Below, piece by piece: positions 46,494 through 57,338 of a stretch of 64,000 bases of DNA. Position 1 is the first letter of the stretch. Each line of letters starts with the position of its first letter. This DNA is from Pachysolen tannophilus NRRL Y-2460 (taxonomy: Eukaryota): positions 1,204,724 through 1,268,723 of the forward strand of contig KV454011.1 in the NCBI GenBank assembly GCA_001661245.1, read 5' to 3'. Made by a program: the position numbers and the translations under genes. The notes beneath the pieces are model-generated. The model was given only the letters and a program-made list of their open reading frames with translations. It was not told the DNA's origin and made no database searches.

Positions 46494-49256
46494 TTAAGTG
46501 AAAGGAACACTATCTCCATCATCCCAGAATAAACTATTATTGCTCTTATCACTTCGTCCGTAGAGTAACCAATTTTTCTTAACTTTCTTCAAGGATATCT
46601 CAGCAGATCCAATTCCGTATCTTATTAGCTGGTTGAAACAACACTCAATAATGAGTCTATCCATTGGCTCAAATGCAAAAATTCCACTTATTAAAAGAAC
46701 CCATTGCAACATAATTAACCTGTGGTCAAATTCGGTAATTAAATATTTTGAAAAATCTATTGGTTTTTTAATAAATTGCTTTATCTGAGATCGATCATTA
46801 TCGTTTAACTCTTTATCAACACTCTTTGATTTTGTTATCTTTAAATTATCGTTATGATCATTTTCTTCTTCTCTTGGATGTAATTGCATTTGCGTATGAG
46901 TGTCAGCATGTGTATCTTTCATGCCATTATTCTCGGATGTATTTGTTGAATTTTTAAATTGTTTCTTCTTTCGCAAACAACTATCAATAATATCTTTTTC
47001 TTTATCATCCAAAGTATTGTAATAACAATCCAATTCTTTCAAATCCTCCTGACTTATGTTATCTTTCACACGTATAAAGAAAAAACTATCCAATATTCTC
47101 TTCACCAAGTGCTGAGCTATTTTAGAGTCACAGCTTAAGTTGAAAGCCTCATTACATATCAAAATTCTCAAAGTTCCAGCAAGTCGATGAACCTGATTTA
47201 CTAAATCAAAATATGAAAACCAATTCTTGTTGATTTCACTATAAAAATAACAGGATAAAGGTACACCCATAAATCTTTTATCATTAAATTGATTTTTCTG
47301 GAGGTCTTGAGATTTCATTGATTTTATCAAGTTTTCAGGATGATGAGGTGATTCACTAGGAATTACATAAGGTGCATCTTTTGTTATTACAAAATCTTGA
47401 CCTGATTCGTCTAATAACCTCATTATTTTCAATATTTCATTGACATGTAACTGAGGTTCACCATTAACGTAATCAACCATTTTGCTAAATTTTTCTTTTT
47501 CTGATAGATTGTCAGTCTTTGTTCCTTCTTTCTTAGACAACGCCCTTCTAATGGCTTCCAAAGCCAAGATCGTCTCTTTAAAAGCTTCAACCATCGAGTT
47601 AGTTAATCCCAAATATATGTTATAACTATTTGTCTTTACTACCACAGTACCATCATTTTTCAAAGAATAGCAATTGACTGAAAATCCAATTTCAGATAAA
47701 ACTTTCCCATAATCTGGATCTGTCAAATTTAACAATTGATTTAATTCAAGAGAATTGTGAATAGTTCCTCCAATTGGAATTGTCAATGAAGCTAATATTT
47801 CCATTGATCCAAAGATACATTTTGACAAGGCTACACCAGTATTATTTAAACTTGTACAAGTTGAATACTTTAGCAATAAATCTTTAGCTCCTCTTAAATG
47901 GGCCCTCCAATTTGAACCTGATGACGAAGAAAAATCAGCAGCCAATACCAAGATGGTGAAAAGCAAGCTTTCTATATTATTTGTTATTTCCTCTTTCTTC
48001 TTCAAAACTGAATCCAATGCGTTTAAGCAATTGGTTAAATAATAAGATCTCAATTTTTTGTGGACTTCAAAAGCACCAATTGCGGGCCCATTATCTAGGT
48101 CATCTATAGCTGAAAGACGTTGATAATATTGGTACCTAGCTGCAGTGGCTAACATAGCTGATAATAAATAAGGTGCTTTCTTGGCTTGGATTAACATTGT
48201 GTGAATCAAAGAGTTTTGTAAATAAGATGTTGCAAAGGGGGCTAACGTCAAATACATATCAGTTATAAATATTTTCAAATAGTTCATGTGTGAGGATGAT
48301 AAGCTAAATTGGAAAAAATTGGCAATATTGATCAAATCATTTTGAGATATAGAATTATTCAATTTTTCTAAATAGTCAAATTCTTGTGAAATAGTATTGT
48401 TCTTGTCACTGATGCTATTGTTTTTATTACTATGGAAATTATTTTCATTATTATCAGTAGCATCTACTGAGTAATCACCAAATACATTGTTATCAAAGAT
48501 AGCATTGCTATTGGTATTATTTTCTTGTTGGTACAATTCCTTGAATGGAGGGTCTAACTGAATCAAATCATTCAAATCATTAATAAGCGAAGATGCATCA
48601 TTAAATAGTTCATCAAATAAAGCTGGATAAAAATTATTACTATTACTATTGTTATTATTGTTATTGTTGTTGTTGTTACTGTGATTGTCATTTTGGTGTT
48701 GTTGAGCTTGGTTAATATCGTAACCATATTGGCCTTTATTAATATCATTCTTATTATCACTACTATTGCGGCCATAGTAATCCAGATTCAAATTATAATT
48801 CTCTCCAGTCTCATTTTCATTCAATAAGAACCTCAATGTAGGTACAGGAGACGAAGCATTTTTAATTGTTGGTGTTGCTGCTGTTGTTGCTGCTGTCGCA
48901 GTATCAACACCAGTTGTAGAATCGTTGACAGTATACGATGTCGACGGCGAAGTAGGCACAACTGAATCTGAGAAACTAGCTCTATTTACAAGTTGCTTCA
49001 CTTGTTTTCCATTTCCAACACCAATCTTTTTCAGCTTCCCACCATGACATTTCAAATTCACCAACTTTTCATTCTTGGAATTAATAGTAAAAATTCTTGA
49101 ATTATTAAACTTTATGATCTTATCGTAATTACAATTTCTTTTAGTATTTTGACAATAAGTACAAATTGGATGAACTTCATCACATTTCAACTTCCTTCTT
49201 TTACACTCTCCACATCCATTTCTAGAATAATGTCTCTTCTTCTTTATCTCTTCCAT
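46494..49256 (-). CDS. Zn(II)2Cys6 transcription factor, Lys14-like
   Basis: YSRNGCGECKRRKLKCDE..PICTYC......CNY; C-terminal fungal TF domain (WRAHLRGAKDLL). Confidence 0.8.
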   Translation of the reverse strand: MEEIKKKRHYSRNGCGECKRRKLKCDEVHPICTYCQNTKRNCNYDKIIKFNNSRIFTINSKNEKLVNLKCHGGKLKKIGVGNGKQVKQLVNRASFSDSVVPTSPSTSYTVNDSTTGVDTATAATTAATPTIKNASSPVPTLRFLLNENETGENYNLNLDYYGRNSSDNKNDINKGQYGYDINQAQQHQNDNHSNNNNNNNNNNSNSNNFYPALFDELFNDASSLINDLNDLIQLDPPFKELYQQENNTNSNAIFDNNVFGDYSVDATDNNENNFHSNKNNSISDKNNTISQEFDYLEKLNNSISQNDLINIANFFQFSLSSSHMNYLKIFITDMYLTLAPFATSYLQNSLIHTMLIQAKKAPYLLSAMLATAARYQYYQRLSAIDDLDNGPAIGAFEVHKKLRSYYLTNCLNALDSVLKKKEEITNNIESLLFTILVLAADFSSSSGSNWRAHLRGAKDLLLKYSTCTSLNNTGVALSKCIFGSMEILASLTIPIGGTIHNSLELNQLLNLTDPDYGKVLSEIGFSVNCYSLKNDGTVVVKTNSYNIYLGLTNSMVEAFKETILALEAIRRALSKKEGTKTDNLSEKEKFSKMVDYVNGEPQLHVNEILKIMRLLDESGQDFVITKDAPYVIPSESPHHPENLIKSMKSQDLQKNQFNDKRFMGVPLSCYFYSEINKNWFSYFDLVNQVHRLAGTLRILICNEAFNLSCDSKIAQHLVKRILDSFFFIRVKDNISQEDLKELDCYYNTLDDKEKDIIDSCLRKKKQFKNSTNTSENNGMKDTHADTHTQMQLHPREEENDHNDNLKITKSKSVDKELNDNDRSQIKQFIKKPIDFSKYLITEFDHRLIMLQWVLLISGIFAFEPMDRLIIECCFNQLIRYGIGSAEISLKKVKKNWLLYGRSDKSNNSLFWDDGDSVPFT

Positions 49257-49390
49257 CTGATACTCCTGATCATATATAACTAACTAGATAATTATTTGAA
49301 TTATAAATTACAAATTTATTGCTATTAAAATATTTTTGTACTATTAAAAAGTTTTCTATGTAAATCGTCCTAAAAGGGGAAAAATTATCA

Positions 49391-51115
49391 TTAATCAAAA
49401 GTCTTTGACCAAACTTTTACTGTTAAACCATCTTTTAAGATCAGCTCTTCCTGGACCAAGTGGTAATTGGAAATCCAGGGCAATATTCTGAAATATGTGA
49501 GCCAATATAGAAAGCACAGGGCTAGCATTATGACAGCAGATATGGCGTAGATTTTGTTTTCATCATTGGTATCACCAACAAATGGACCTATCAACATCAA
49601 GATGGAGAATATTGTAAAAAACCATACACCTATCTTAGGAGCTTTTATCAGTGGTTTGATATGGGGATATCTTTTACCTATGATTAACAAACCTATTGAA
49701 GTCAATGCAAAGAAAAATTTGCTTGGATAACTTTCTAAATTGATTAAAAAATTGTAAAGATCATTAGTCATTGGGAGACTTAAAATCAATATATTTAAAA
49801 CTAAAGAAACCATTAAAGCTGGGAAAGGAGCATTATAGGGCCAATTGGAGGCCAATTTTTTAGAAAATGGTAAGAATCCTTCTCTGAAAACTTCTTGGTT
49901 CATTCTACCGGCACTATAAGTCACCACTAATACATTTCCTCCTGCACAAATGGCAATAGTTAATCCTAAAAATCTTGACCCAATTGAATCACCAAAAATT
50001 TTAGTGAAAAGTAATCCACCAACAAGTTCATTACTATTAATTAATTCATCATAAGGTATAACTATGAGATATGCTAAATTTATCAATAAAAAACTAATAA
50101 ATAAAATCAACATTGCTATGGGACATGATATTTTCAAAGTTCTAGCAGGATTAATAACTTCTCCTGCAAATACTGTTATTGTTTGATATCCTCCAAAAGT
50201 AAATGTTGCTTTAAAAATTGCAGATGTTAAAGAAGAAACACTTACATGTTGTTTAATTTTGAAAAAATCTTGTATAAGATTATTATCTGGATATTGAATT
50301 CTAGTAATTGATGTGGGCAACATAACGAAAACACCACAAAATGCTAACAAGAGTAATAAGAGAATCTTCAAGCCTCCAACAAAGTTTTGGAAAAAAACTC
50401 CATGTTTAATAGAAAATCCATAACATAATGTACAAAATGTACATAAACCTATAGCAATAAGTCTTAATGTAGTTTCTCTTGGTTCAGTAATTCCAAATGA
50501 TGCTAAAACATATTTCCCAAATATGATGGCATTATTAGCACTGAATGCAAATAAGATGCTATAGATACCGAAAACAACACTCATTAACATCTTTGGTTTA
50601 TAATAAATAAATTGTAAATAGACTTTTTGACCACCATTTTTAGATATTATAGAACTTAACTCTAAAAAGACATATAACCCTGAAAATCCCAAGAGTCCAG
50701 CTACTACCCATACTGTAAAGAATAAAAATGGAGATCCTCCACAATCTTTATAGATTAAAGCAGGAGCTGCAAAGATTCCCGACCCTAATATCTTGGAAAT
50801 CATTACTACCGCAACTGACATCATCCCCAAATGACGCTTATGGTTATTATCAAAATAATTATCATTTCTAAATAAATAGTAATTATCATTTTCTATCCTA
50901 GATTTTGAAAAAGAGAGTCTATTGTTATTTTGTAGTCCATGGTCATCACTATTATAAACGTTATTATTATCATTCCCATAATATAAAAGTGCAGAATCAG
51001 AATCTAATAAATTTTGATTTTCACTCACAACGGCCAAAATATCTTCTTCACTTTCATCAAGTAAAGATGATCCAAGCCGTGCCTTTGCCATTTCATCAAC
51101 ATCAGAAACCACCAT
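49391..51115 (-). CDS. MUP3: LAT-type amino-acid permease, Mup3-like methionine permease
   Basis: RHLG, ILGSGIFAAP, GGQKVYL, GEVINPARTL, RMNQEVFREGFLPFS; about 12 TM segments. Met31/32 site upstream. Confidence 0.8.
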   Translation of the reverse strand: MVVSDVDEMAKARLGSSLLDESEEDILAVVSENQNLLDSDSALLYYGNDNNNVYNSDDHGLQNNNRLSFSKSRIENDNYYLFRNDNYFDNNHKRHLGMMSVAVVMISKILGSGIFAAPALIYKDCGGSPFLFFTVWVVAGLLGFSGLYVFLELSSIISKNGGQKVYLQFIYYKPKMLMSVVFGIYSILFAFSANNAIIFGKYVLASFGITEPRETTLRLIAIGLCTFCTLCYGFSIKHGVFFQNFVGGLKILLLLLLAFCGVFVMLPTSITRIQYPDNNLIQDFFKIKQHVSVSSLTSAIFKATFTFGGYQTITVFAGEVINPARTLKISCPIAMLILFISFLLINLAYLIVIPYDELINSNELVGGLLFTKIFGDSIGSRFLGLTIAICAGGNVLVVTYSAGRMNQEVFREGFLPFSKKLASNWPYNAPFPALMVSLVLNILILSLPMTNDLYNFLINLESYPSKFFFALTSIGLLIIGKRYPHIKPLIKAPKIGVWFFTIFSILMLIGPFVGDTNDENKIYAISAVIMLALCFLYWLTYFRILPWISNYHLVQEELILKDGLTVKVWSKTFD

Positions 51116-51212
51116 TTGGTCTATTTATTGTATATTATTGTTGTTGTTGATATTAGTAATTAAAGAAAGATATGCATAAATATTAAAAAAAGAGGTTTCC
51201 GATAAGAAAAAC

Positions 51213-51222
51213 GCCACAGTTT
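51213..51222 (-). promoter_or_regulatory. Met31/Met32 site AAACTGTGGC
   Basis: Perfect consensus on the minus strand about 100 bp upstream of the MUP3-like ATG; GATAAG at 51201-51206. Confidence 0.65.
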
Positions 51223-51385
51223 TCATTTAAAATGGAAAAGATGAAAATGAAGATGAAGAAAATGAAGATGAAGAAGATGAAGATGAAGAAGGAAAATAAT
51301 TCAAATTTTATTAAATCTATATTGAATTCTAAAAAAATATATATGTGTGTGTGTGTTTATGAGTTTGTGAGTTTATTCATTTGTC

Positions 51386-52810
51386 TTAGAAGACGTATGG
51401 GATGAACAAGTAAGGACATTCTTTTAAGTATCTATCCCAATCTTTACCGTATTTCTTTGCGCATTTTCTATTATCTCTAACTGCTCTATGGGTTAATACG
51501 ATGAAGAAGAATACTGGGTAAAACCATGGGAATGGCGACAGGAACCCACAGATGAATCCCCATGTCAAGCATTGGACGTAATCGGCGGTATAATGCATTT
51601 TTCTTGCATATTTATACCAACCATCTGTTAATAATACTGAACCATTTGCACATTTTATATATTTTGGATTTTTCAAGACTTGACCTGGTAAATATGGGAA
51701 AGTTTTCCTAATTGATTTATCACCAGCCATAAATTTTCTAAAAGTATTTTTTTGTGCATTACCTGTATCGAAGAAATAATAAGCAATTAATAATAACATA
51801 TATAATGAAATGTTATAAGTTTTTGACCAATTATACTCTGATGGATCATGATGATATAAGAATAAAGTACAATGACAATAAGTATATGGAACACCAGCAA
51901 TATTCCAAAAAATCAACAAAAACCCAAATTTTTCATAAGCCATATCCCATGTTGGAACAATTAATTCTTCACCTTTAGAACAAGCATTTGCATATAAATA
52001 ATGAGCTAATAAAAGAAAACAAGCTTGTGGTGTTATATAACCAAAAGTTTCATATTGATATAAACATAAACTTAAGCTTAAAAAAAATAAAGTAAACCAA
52101 GGTAATCTAACTTCGAAAAACATTTTTAAATCAATTATACCAATTCTTGGATTTAAAGGAGCACCCATAAACATATCATAAATTACATTACCTGTTAAAT
52201 CATGATAATCACCTGAAATGAAAAGGGTATATAAATATAATGAAATACTAAAGATAAAACCAAGTATAATAGCAATAGTCATTAATTCTCCAAAATGTTC
52301 TAATATATAATATAATTTGAAAAAACCTGTAAAATGCATTATAAGAGCTATTGTAAATGATGTATAAAAAGTCCACATTGCATTACAATAATAAGGTAAT
52401 TGTTTATTTTGTAAATGAGTTAATGGTTGACCTTTTGTCCAAATACCTGGTAAAATTATATAAAAAATTAATTGACAAACAATAAATGTAATAAATATTT
52501 TCCAAGAATTAAATGATGGAATACCATTTTTTAAAAATAATTGATATAAATGATTTAAAAAATCACTAAAAGATTCTTTATCAGTTGGCCAAGCAGGTTT
52601 ACCATTATAAAACTCTGCACTTAACCACATATAATACATCAATAATGGGAAACCAATCATCATTCCTAAAGCACCTATTGGACCTCCAAACTCATATTCA
52701 ACTTGTTTCTTGTTAGAAACAGAATCAGAAGAATCTGATGTAACTTGTTTCAAATTAACTCCATTAGAATCATTTTTCTTGGAGGATCTGGATCTAGTGA
52801 CAGCAGCCAT
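51386..52810 (-). CDS. ERG4: Sterol C-24(28) reductase
   Basis: [47 protein letters not shown]...CPY.FIPYVF. ATG at 52810. Confidence 0.97.
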   Translation of the reverse strand: MAAVTRSRSSKKNDSNGVNLKQVTSDSSDSVSNKKQVEYEFGGPIGALGMMIGFPLLMYYMWLSAEFYNGKPAWPTDKESFSDFLNHLYQLFLKNGIPSFNSWKIFITFIVCQLIFYIILPGIWTKGQPLTHLQNKQLPYYCNAMWTFYTSFTIALIMHFTGFFKLYYILEHFGELMTIAIILGFIFSISLYLYTLFISGDYHDLTGNVIYDMFMGAPLNPRIGIIDLKMFFEVRLPWFTLFFLSLSLCLYQYETFGYITPQACFLLLAHYLYANACSKGEELIVPTWDMAYEKFGFLLIFWNIAGVPYTYCHCTLFLYHHDPSEYNWSKTYNISLYMLLLIAYYFFDTGNAQKNTFRKFMAGDKSIRKTFPYLPGQVLKNPKYIKCANGSVLLTDGWYKYARKMHYTADYVQCLTWGFICGFLSPFPWFYPVFFFIVLTHRAVRDNRKCAKKYGKDWDRYLKECPYLFIPYVF

Positions 52811-52984
52811 ATTAGCAATCAGCAATCAGCATTCAGCAATAAGCAATAAGCAATAGTTCCACTATTAGTTCCAATATTGTTTATAATCAACTGGAGGAAG
52901 GAGGATTTACTTGACTATTTATATGATTTGCGTGAAATTTTTACGTACACGTTACCAATTTTATTTTTCAAGTTTTAAAAAAAA

Positions 52985-53007
52985 TCGTATAAAAAGACTC
53001 TCGTATA
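52985..53007. promoter_or_regulatory. Two sterol response elements TCGTATA (Upc2/Ecm22 type)
   Basis: TCGTATA at 52985-52991 and 53001-53007, 175-197 bp upstream of the ERG4 ATG. Confidence 0.7.
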
Positions 53008-53095
53008 AAAACATATGAACGATGACAACAGCAACAACTGCAACTGCACGATTATTAAAATGTAGTTATATCTAAATCTATATATGTGTATATTG

Positions 53096-53970
53096 TTAGT
53101 CCTTTTCAGCAATAGAGATTAATCTTTCATCAATTTCTTCTGGTGTTAAAATTCTAAAACCTTTTTCTTTAGTAGCAATACCAATTTCAATATCATTTTT
53201 CCTAAATTCTGTACTTAAAACATTACTCAATTGAATGATTGCAAATTCAACAACTTTCTCCCAGTTTCCCTTACATAAAACTGATTTTTTTCTTTCACCA
53301 TCTTCTGTTGTTGTTGTTGTTGAACCAGTTTTTTTCAAACTTTTCTCTAAAGATGCCATTACTTCTTGTTCTTTTGGACCTGTAGCACAAGCTTTTGAAG
53401 AATTATAATAACCTGCTGGATCACATCTAAATAAACTTGGTCCAAATTCTTCATCATAACTAATAAATGTTAATACTACTCCTAATGGTCTCATATATGC
53501 TCTTTGAGTATAAATTTGTGATAAATTTGCCATTCTCTTTGCCAATGCATCACATGGCATTTCATACCCATACTTGTATTTAAACTCAGAAGCCTCTGCT
53601 CTTGCTCTTAAAGCTTGTGCTCTAGCATCTGCAATCGATCCTGTTACACACATTCCAATTGAAGGAGTAATTTGAAATAAGTAAGTTATAGTCTTTGCAT
53701 CCAATAATTTATCAGGAATCTTCTTTTGAGATATTACTACACTAGAATCCTCACCACATATACCCATAGAAGTGATATTTGCTAAATTGATTGCTTTAAA
53801 AGCATATTCTACTTGATATAATCTGCCTTCCGGTGAAAAAATGGTAATATGTCTATCAAAACCTGCAGAGCCTAAACAAAGAAAAAAAAAAGAAAAAAAA
53901 CTTGTTAGAATCAAACACCATATTCAATTGAATGAGAAAAAAGCCCACTACAATCAAACTTACCAGACAT
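53096..53970 (-). CDS. SCL1: 20S proteasome alpha-1 subunit; exons 53970-53964 and 53871-53096 (260 aa)
   Basis: ATG TCT G, then intron GTAAGT..TTCTAAC..TAG (53963-53872), giving [26 protein letters not shown]. Confidence 0.97.
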
Positions 53971-54097
53971 TATCTACTATATGATCTCAATTAAATATTT
54001 AATTAATTAAATAAATATATAAATATATATATAAAGTATAAAATATAAACCACTTCTTTTGTTCTTCTTCTTTCTCTTTGTTCTTGATTTCGCCTGT

Positions 54098-54106
54098 AGT
54101 GGCAAA
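54098..54106 (+). promoter_or_regulatory. Rpn4/PACE-like site AGTGGCAAA
   Basis: One mismatch to GGTGGCAAA, about 130 bp upstream of the SCL1 ATG. Confidence 0.65.
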
Positions 54107-54441
54107 AATTCAACTTTTTTTTTTTAAATGAAGTATAAAATTTCCCAAAGCGGTAATTCATTTTTGGTAGTTTTGTGAACGACTTTTTGATACAACAAAA
54201 AAAGACACAAAATTTCCTAATTGGGATAATTTGGTTTGATAAAGCACTACCGCCTTTCAGAGGCCGCAAGAAAAAAATGCGGACGCAATTGTAGGCGCAA
54301 ATTAAGTGTACACTTGTGTATCACAACTGTGGACCGCGAGTATCAGCGCGCGTGGTTGCTCAACTGCGGATATTACTGCTGCTGCTTTTGTCGCTGCTGT
54401 TATCGCTGGTACTGCTGCTGCTACTCCTGGTGCTGCTACTC

Positions 54442-55533
54442 CTAGTCGTGGTTACCCATCAAGATTCTGGAACTATATTGGGCAAAGTTTTCAGTCTCAT
54501 TAACCATATCACTTAAACTTGGCTGACAGAAAACAGCTAATGTGTTTCTTGCTATATTTTGATATTTTGCATCTTTAAAATTTTTAACAAAATGAGGAAC
54601 TGCCTTGAACCGATTATTCGAAACTTCTTGTAAGCAGCTCCCAGTTTGGAAAGCTAGGCAATCAATGGGTATACTTATTTTCACTGCTTGGCCTTTTCTG
54701 TCTTTAATAAATAATCCCGAATTATGGGAATCAGGAGAATTAGGTAAGATTTCACCGGTTTCCTCGTTGATGAACAATGCACTTGTTAAGCCAGTAAGAC
54801 ACGAATGGTCTAAATGTTCACCACACCAGTCTGAGTCATCGTCGGAGCTAGCAAGTAAAGCAGAGCTAGCAGAGCTAGCAGATCCTGCTGCTGATGATGC
54901 TGCTGCTGATGATGCTGTTGATGACTCGGATAACGGGTAATAATGCAATAATCTTGCCTTGGTTGTATACGATTTCTCAACAATAGTTTCCAAGTATCTT
55001 GGTTTATAATTTTCTATATTTTGTAAACAATACCTATCACAGTTTTTAGCAACTTCAATACTAACACTTATAATCAAGTTGATTAATCTTTTACAATCCA
55101 TAACAAAATTCGGCATCAATTCTTGTGAAGGCCACAAATTCAGACACGTATATGCCTTATATTTATCAAAACCAACAATTTCCTCGGATATAGGGCCTTC
55201 CTTGTTAAAATCTTTATAAAATGAACAATTAATATAATATGAACCTTTAAATAAATCAGGTTTACCATTCAATTTTTCCTTCCCCAATGACCACCCAATA
55301 AGCCATGTTGCCTCTTCATTCTCCATTCTCTCTAATTCATGTTTAGGAAGCTTGGCCAATATAGAAGCTGCACTTAAAACCTTCAATCTAAGTTCATAAT
55401 ACTCTTGTGGAAGATCTTTAACTACAATAATACCTAAACTCTTTTGACCAAATGCCCTTTCCAAAACATCAAATGAAATCCCTTTCTTCAACTCCTCAAG
55501 CGATACAGTAACACTACCACCTTCATAGCTCAT
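54442..55533 (-). CDS. 2-oxoglutarate/Fe(II)-dependent dioxygenase family protein
   Basis: ARLLHYYP, HxD (GEHLDHSCLT), distal His (AVPHFV), RxT (RNTLAVF). First ATG at 55533. Confidence 0.85.
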   Translation of the reverse strand: MSYEGGSVTVSLEELKKGISFDVLERAFGQKSLGIIVVKDLPQEYYELRLKVLSAASILAKLPKHELERMENEEATWLIGWSLGKEKLNGKPDLFKGSYYINCSFYKDFNKEGPISEEIVGFDKYKAYTCLNLWPSQELMPNFVMDCKRLINLIISVSIEVAKNCDRYCLQNIENYKPRYLETIVEKSYTTKARLLHYYPLSESSTASSAAASSAAGSASSASSALLASSDDDSDWCGEHLDHSCLTGLTSALFINEETGEILPNSPDSHNSGLFIKDRKGQAVKISIPIDCLAFQTGSCLQEVSNNRFKAVPHFVKNFKDAKYQNIARNTLAVFCQPSLSDMVNETENFAQYSSRILMGNHD

Positions 55534-55741
55534 ATTCCAACCTCTTCTCCCTCTATTCTCCTCTTTATATTTCAATTTGTATTTAAAAAAAATTCTTTAT
55601 TCTATTCTATCGGCTAATTTATAAAATTAAATAAATTTAAAAAATATAAAAATTTTTTAATTTTATTAATTAATTAATTAATTAATATTTTTTGCTTAAT
55701 TTCAATTAATAAACTTGTTGTTAGGGTATCATCTATGGACG

Positions 55742-57151
55742 ATGGCGTATTCATGGCTGGATGATGATGACCAAACTCTCCAGCATGATAGTAAGACGTT
55801 GAAATATATGCCGTTGTATGAATTAAATTCGAATTTTAATCAACAATATAGACCAAATGTTTCTTACCATTATAATGAACAAGTTTCTCATTTTCATTAT
55901 GGAGTTAGACATCCTATGAAACCTTTTAGATTGATGCTTACTGATCATTTAGTGATAGGGTATAAGTTACATGAGCATATGGATTTATATAAGCCAAGAC
56001 GAGCTACAAGAAGTGAATTATTGGAATTTCATTCTGAAGATTATATTGATTTTTTATCCAGTATAACTCCTGATCAATCTCTGTTAAAATCATATCTGGA
56101 TACTTTACTGAAATTTAATATAGGTGATGATTGTCCTGTATTTGATGGGATGTATGATTATGCTTCGATATATGCTGGTGCTTCTTTGGATGCTACAAGA
56201 AAATTAATAAATGGACAAAGTGATATTGCTATTAATTGGTCTGGTGGACTTCATCATGCCAAAAAATTTGAACCTTCTGGTTTTTGCTATGTGAATGATA
56301 TTGTCTTGTCAATATTAAACTTGTTGAGATATTATCCAAGAGTCTTGTATATAGATATTGATTTACATCATGGTGATGGAGTTCAAGAGGCATTTTATAC
56401 AACAGATAGAGTATTAACATGTTCTTTCCATAAATACGATGGGAAATTTTTCCCAGCAACAGGTAATCTTGATGAAACAGGAATAGGTAAAGGTAAGAAT
56501 TTTGCTATAAATGTACCTTTAAGAGATGGAGTTGATGATGAAAGTTATATAAGGTTATTTAAATCAATAATGGAACCTTTAATAAATCAATTTAATCCTT
56601 CAGTTATTGTTCAACAATGTGGGGCAGACTCTTTAGGTTGTGATAGGTTGGGACGCTTTAATTTGAACATTAAAGCTCATGGTGAATGTGTTAATTTTAT
56701 TAAAAGTTTTGGAATTCCAATGTTAGTGGTTGGTGGAGGAGGTTATACTCCAAGAAATGTTAGTAGGTTATGGTGTTATGAAACCTCATTATTAACAAAT
56801 GTTAAATTAAATAGTAAATTACCTGAAAACTTGGCTTTTAGAAATTGGTTTAAGCCAGATTATTCATTGCATCCAAATTTAAAAGGTGATAATTTACAAA
56901 ATCAAAATGATCGAAAATTCTTGGAAAATTTGAAAATAACCGTATTGGAACAATTAAGATTTTTAAATGGAGCTCCAAGTTGTTCAATGAATGAAATCCC
57001 ACCGGATTTACAAGGTTTTACTAAAGATGATGAAGAGGCCTTTTATGAAAAATTAAAAGAGCAAGATTTTAACGATAAATTTATAGATGGAGAAGCTAGA
57101 GATAAAAAAATTATGAAAGATGAAGCTAGAATTGGGGAATTAATGGAATAA
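55742..57151 (+). CDS. HOS2: Class I histone deacetylase Hos2
   Basis: [60 protein letters not shown]. Confidence 0.95.
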   Translation: MAYSWLDDDDQTLQHDSKTLKYMPLYELNSNFNQQYRPNVSYHYNEQVSHFHYGVRHPMKPFRLMLTDHLVIGYKLHEHMDLYKPRRATRSELLEFHSEDYIDFLSSITPDQSLLKSYLDTLLKFNIGDDCPVFDGMYDYASIYAGASLDATRKLINGQSDIAINWSGGLHHAKKFEPSGFCYVNDIVLSILNLLRYYPRVLYIDIDLHHGDGVQEAFYTTDRVLTCSFHKYDGKFFPATGNLDETGIGKGKNFAINVPLRDGVDDESYIRLFKSIMEPLINQFNPSVIVQQCGADSLGCDRLGRFNLNIKAHGECVNFIKSFGIPMLVVGGGGYTPRNVSRLWCYETSLLTNVKLNSKLPENLAFRNWFKPDYSLHPNLKGDNLQNQNDRKFLENLKITVLEQLRFLNGAPSCSMNEIPPDLQGFTKDDEEAFYEKLKEQDFNDKFIDGEARDKKIMKDEARIGELME

Positions 57152-57338
57152 TGCTAAGATGTAAATCATCATCTTTTTTTTTTTTTTATTTATTTTGTAT
57201 ATTGTAAATCGTTTAGTAGATATTTTGTAAATTAATATGTAATTTTATTATCATCAAGGCAAAAAGAAATTAAAATAAATAAAAAAAACACACAAAAAAC
57301 TCCTATTTAATTAATATATAATACATTCAATGCTAAAT

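Noticed and set aside
54236..54516. Three short plus-strand ORFs over a GCT-rich tract
   Set aside because: Non-ATG starts; produced by a trinucleotide-like repeat just 3' of the oxygenase gene.
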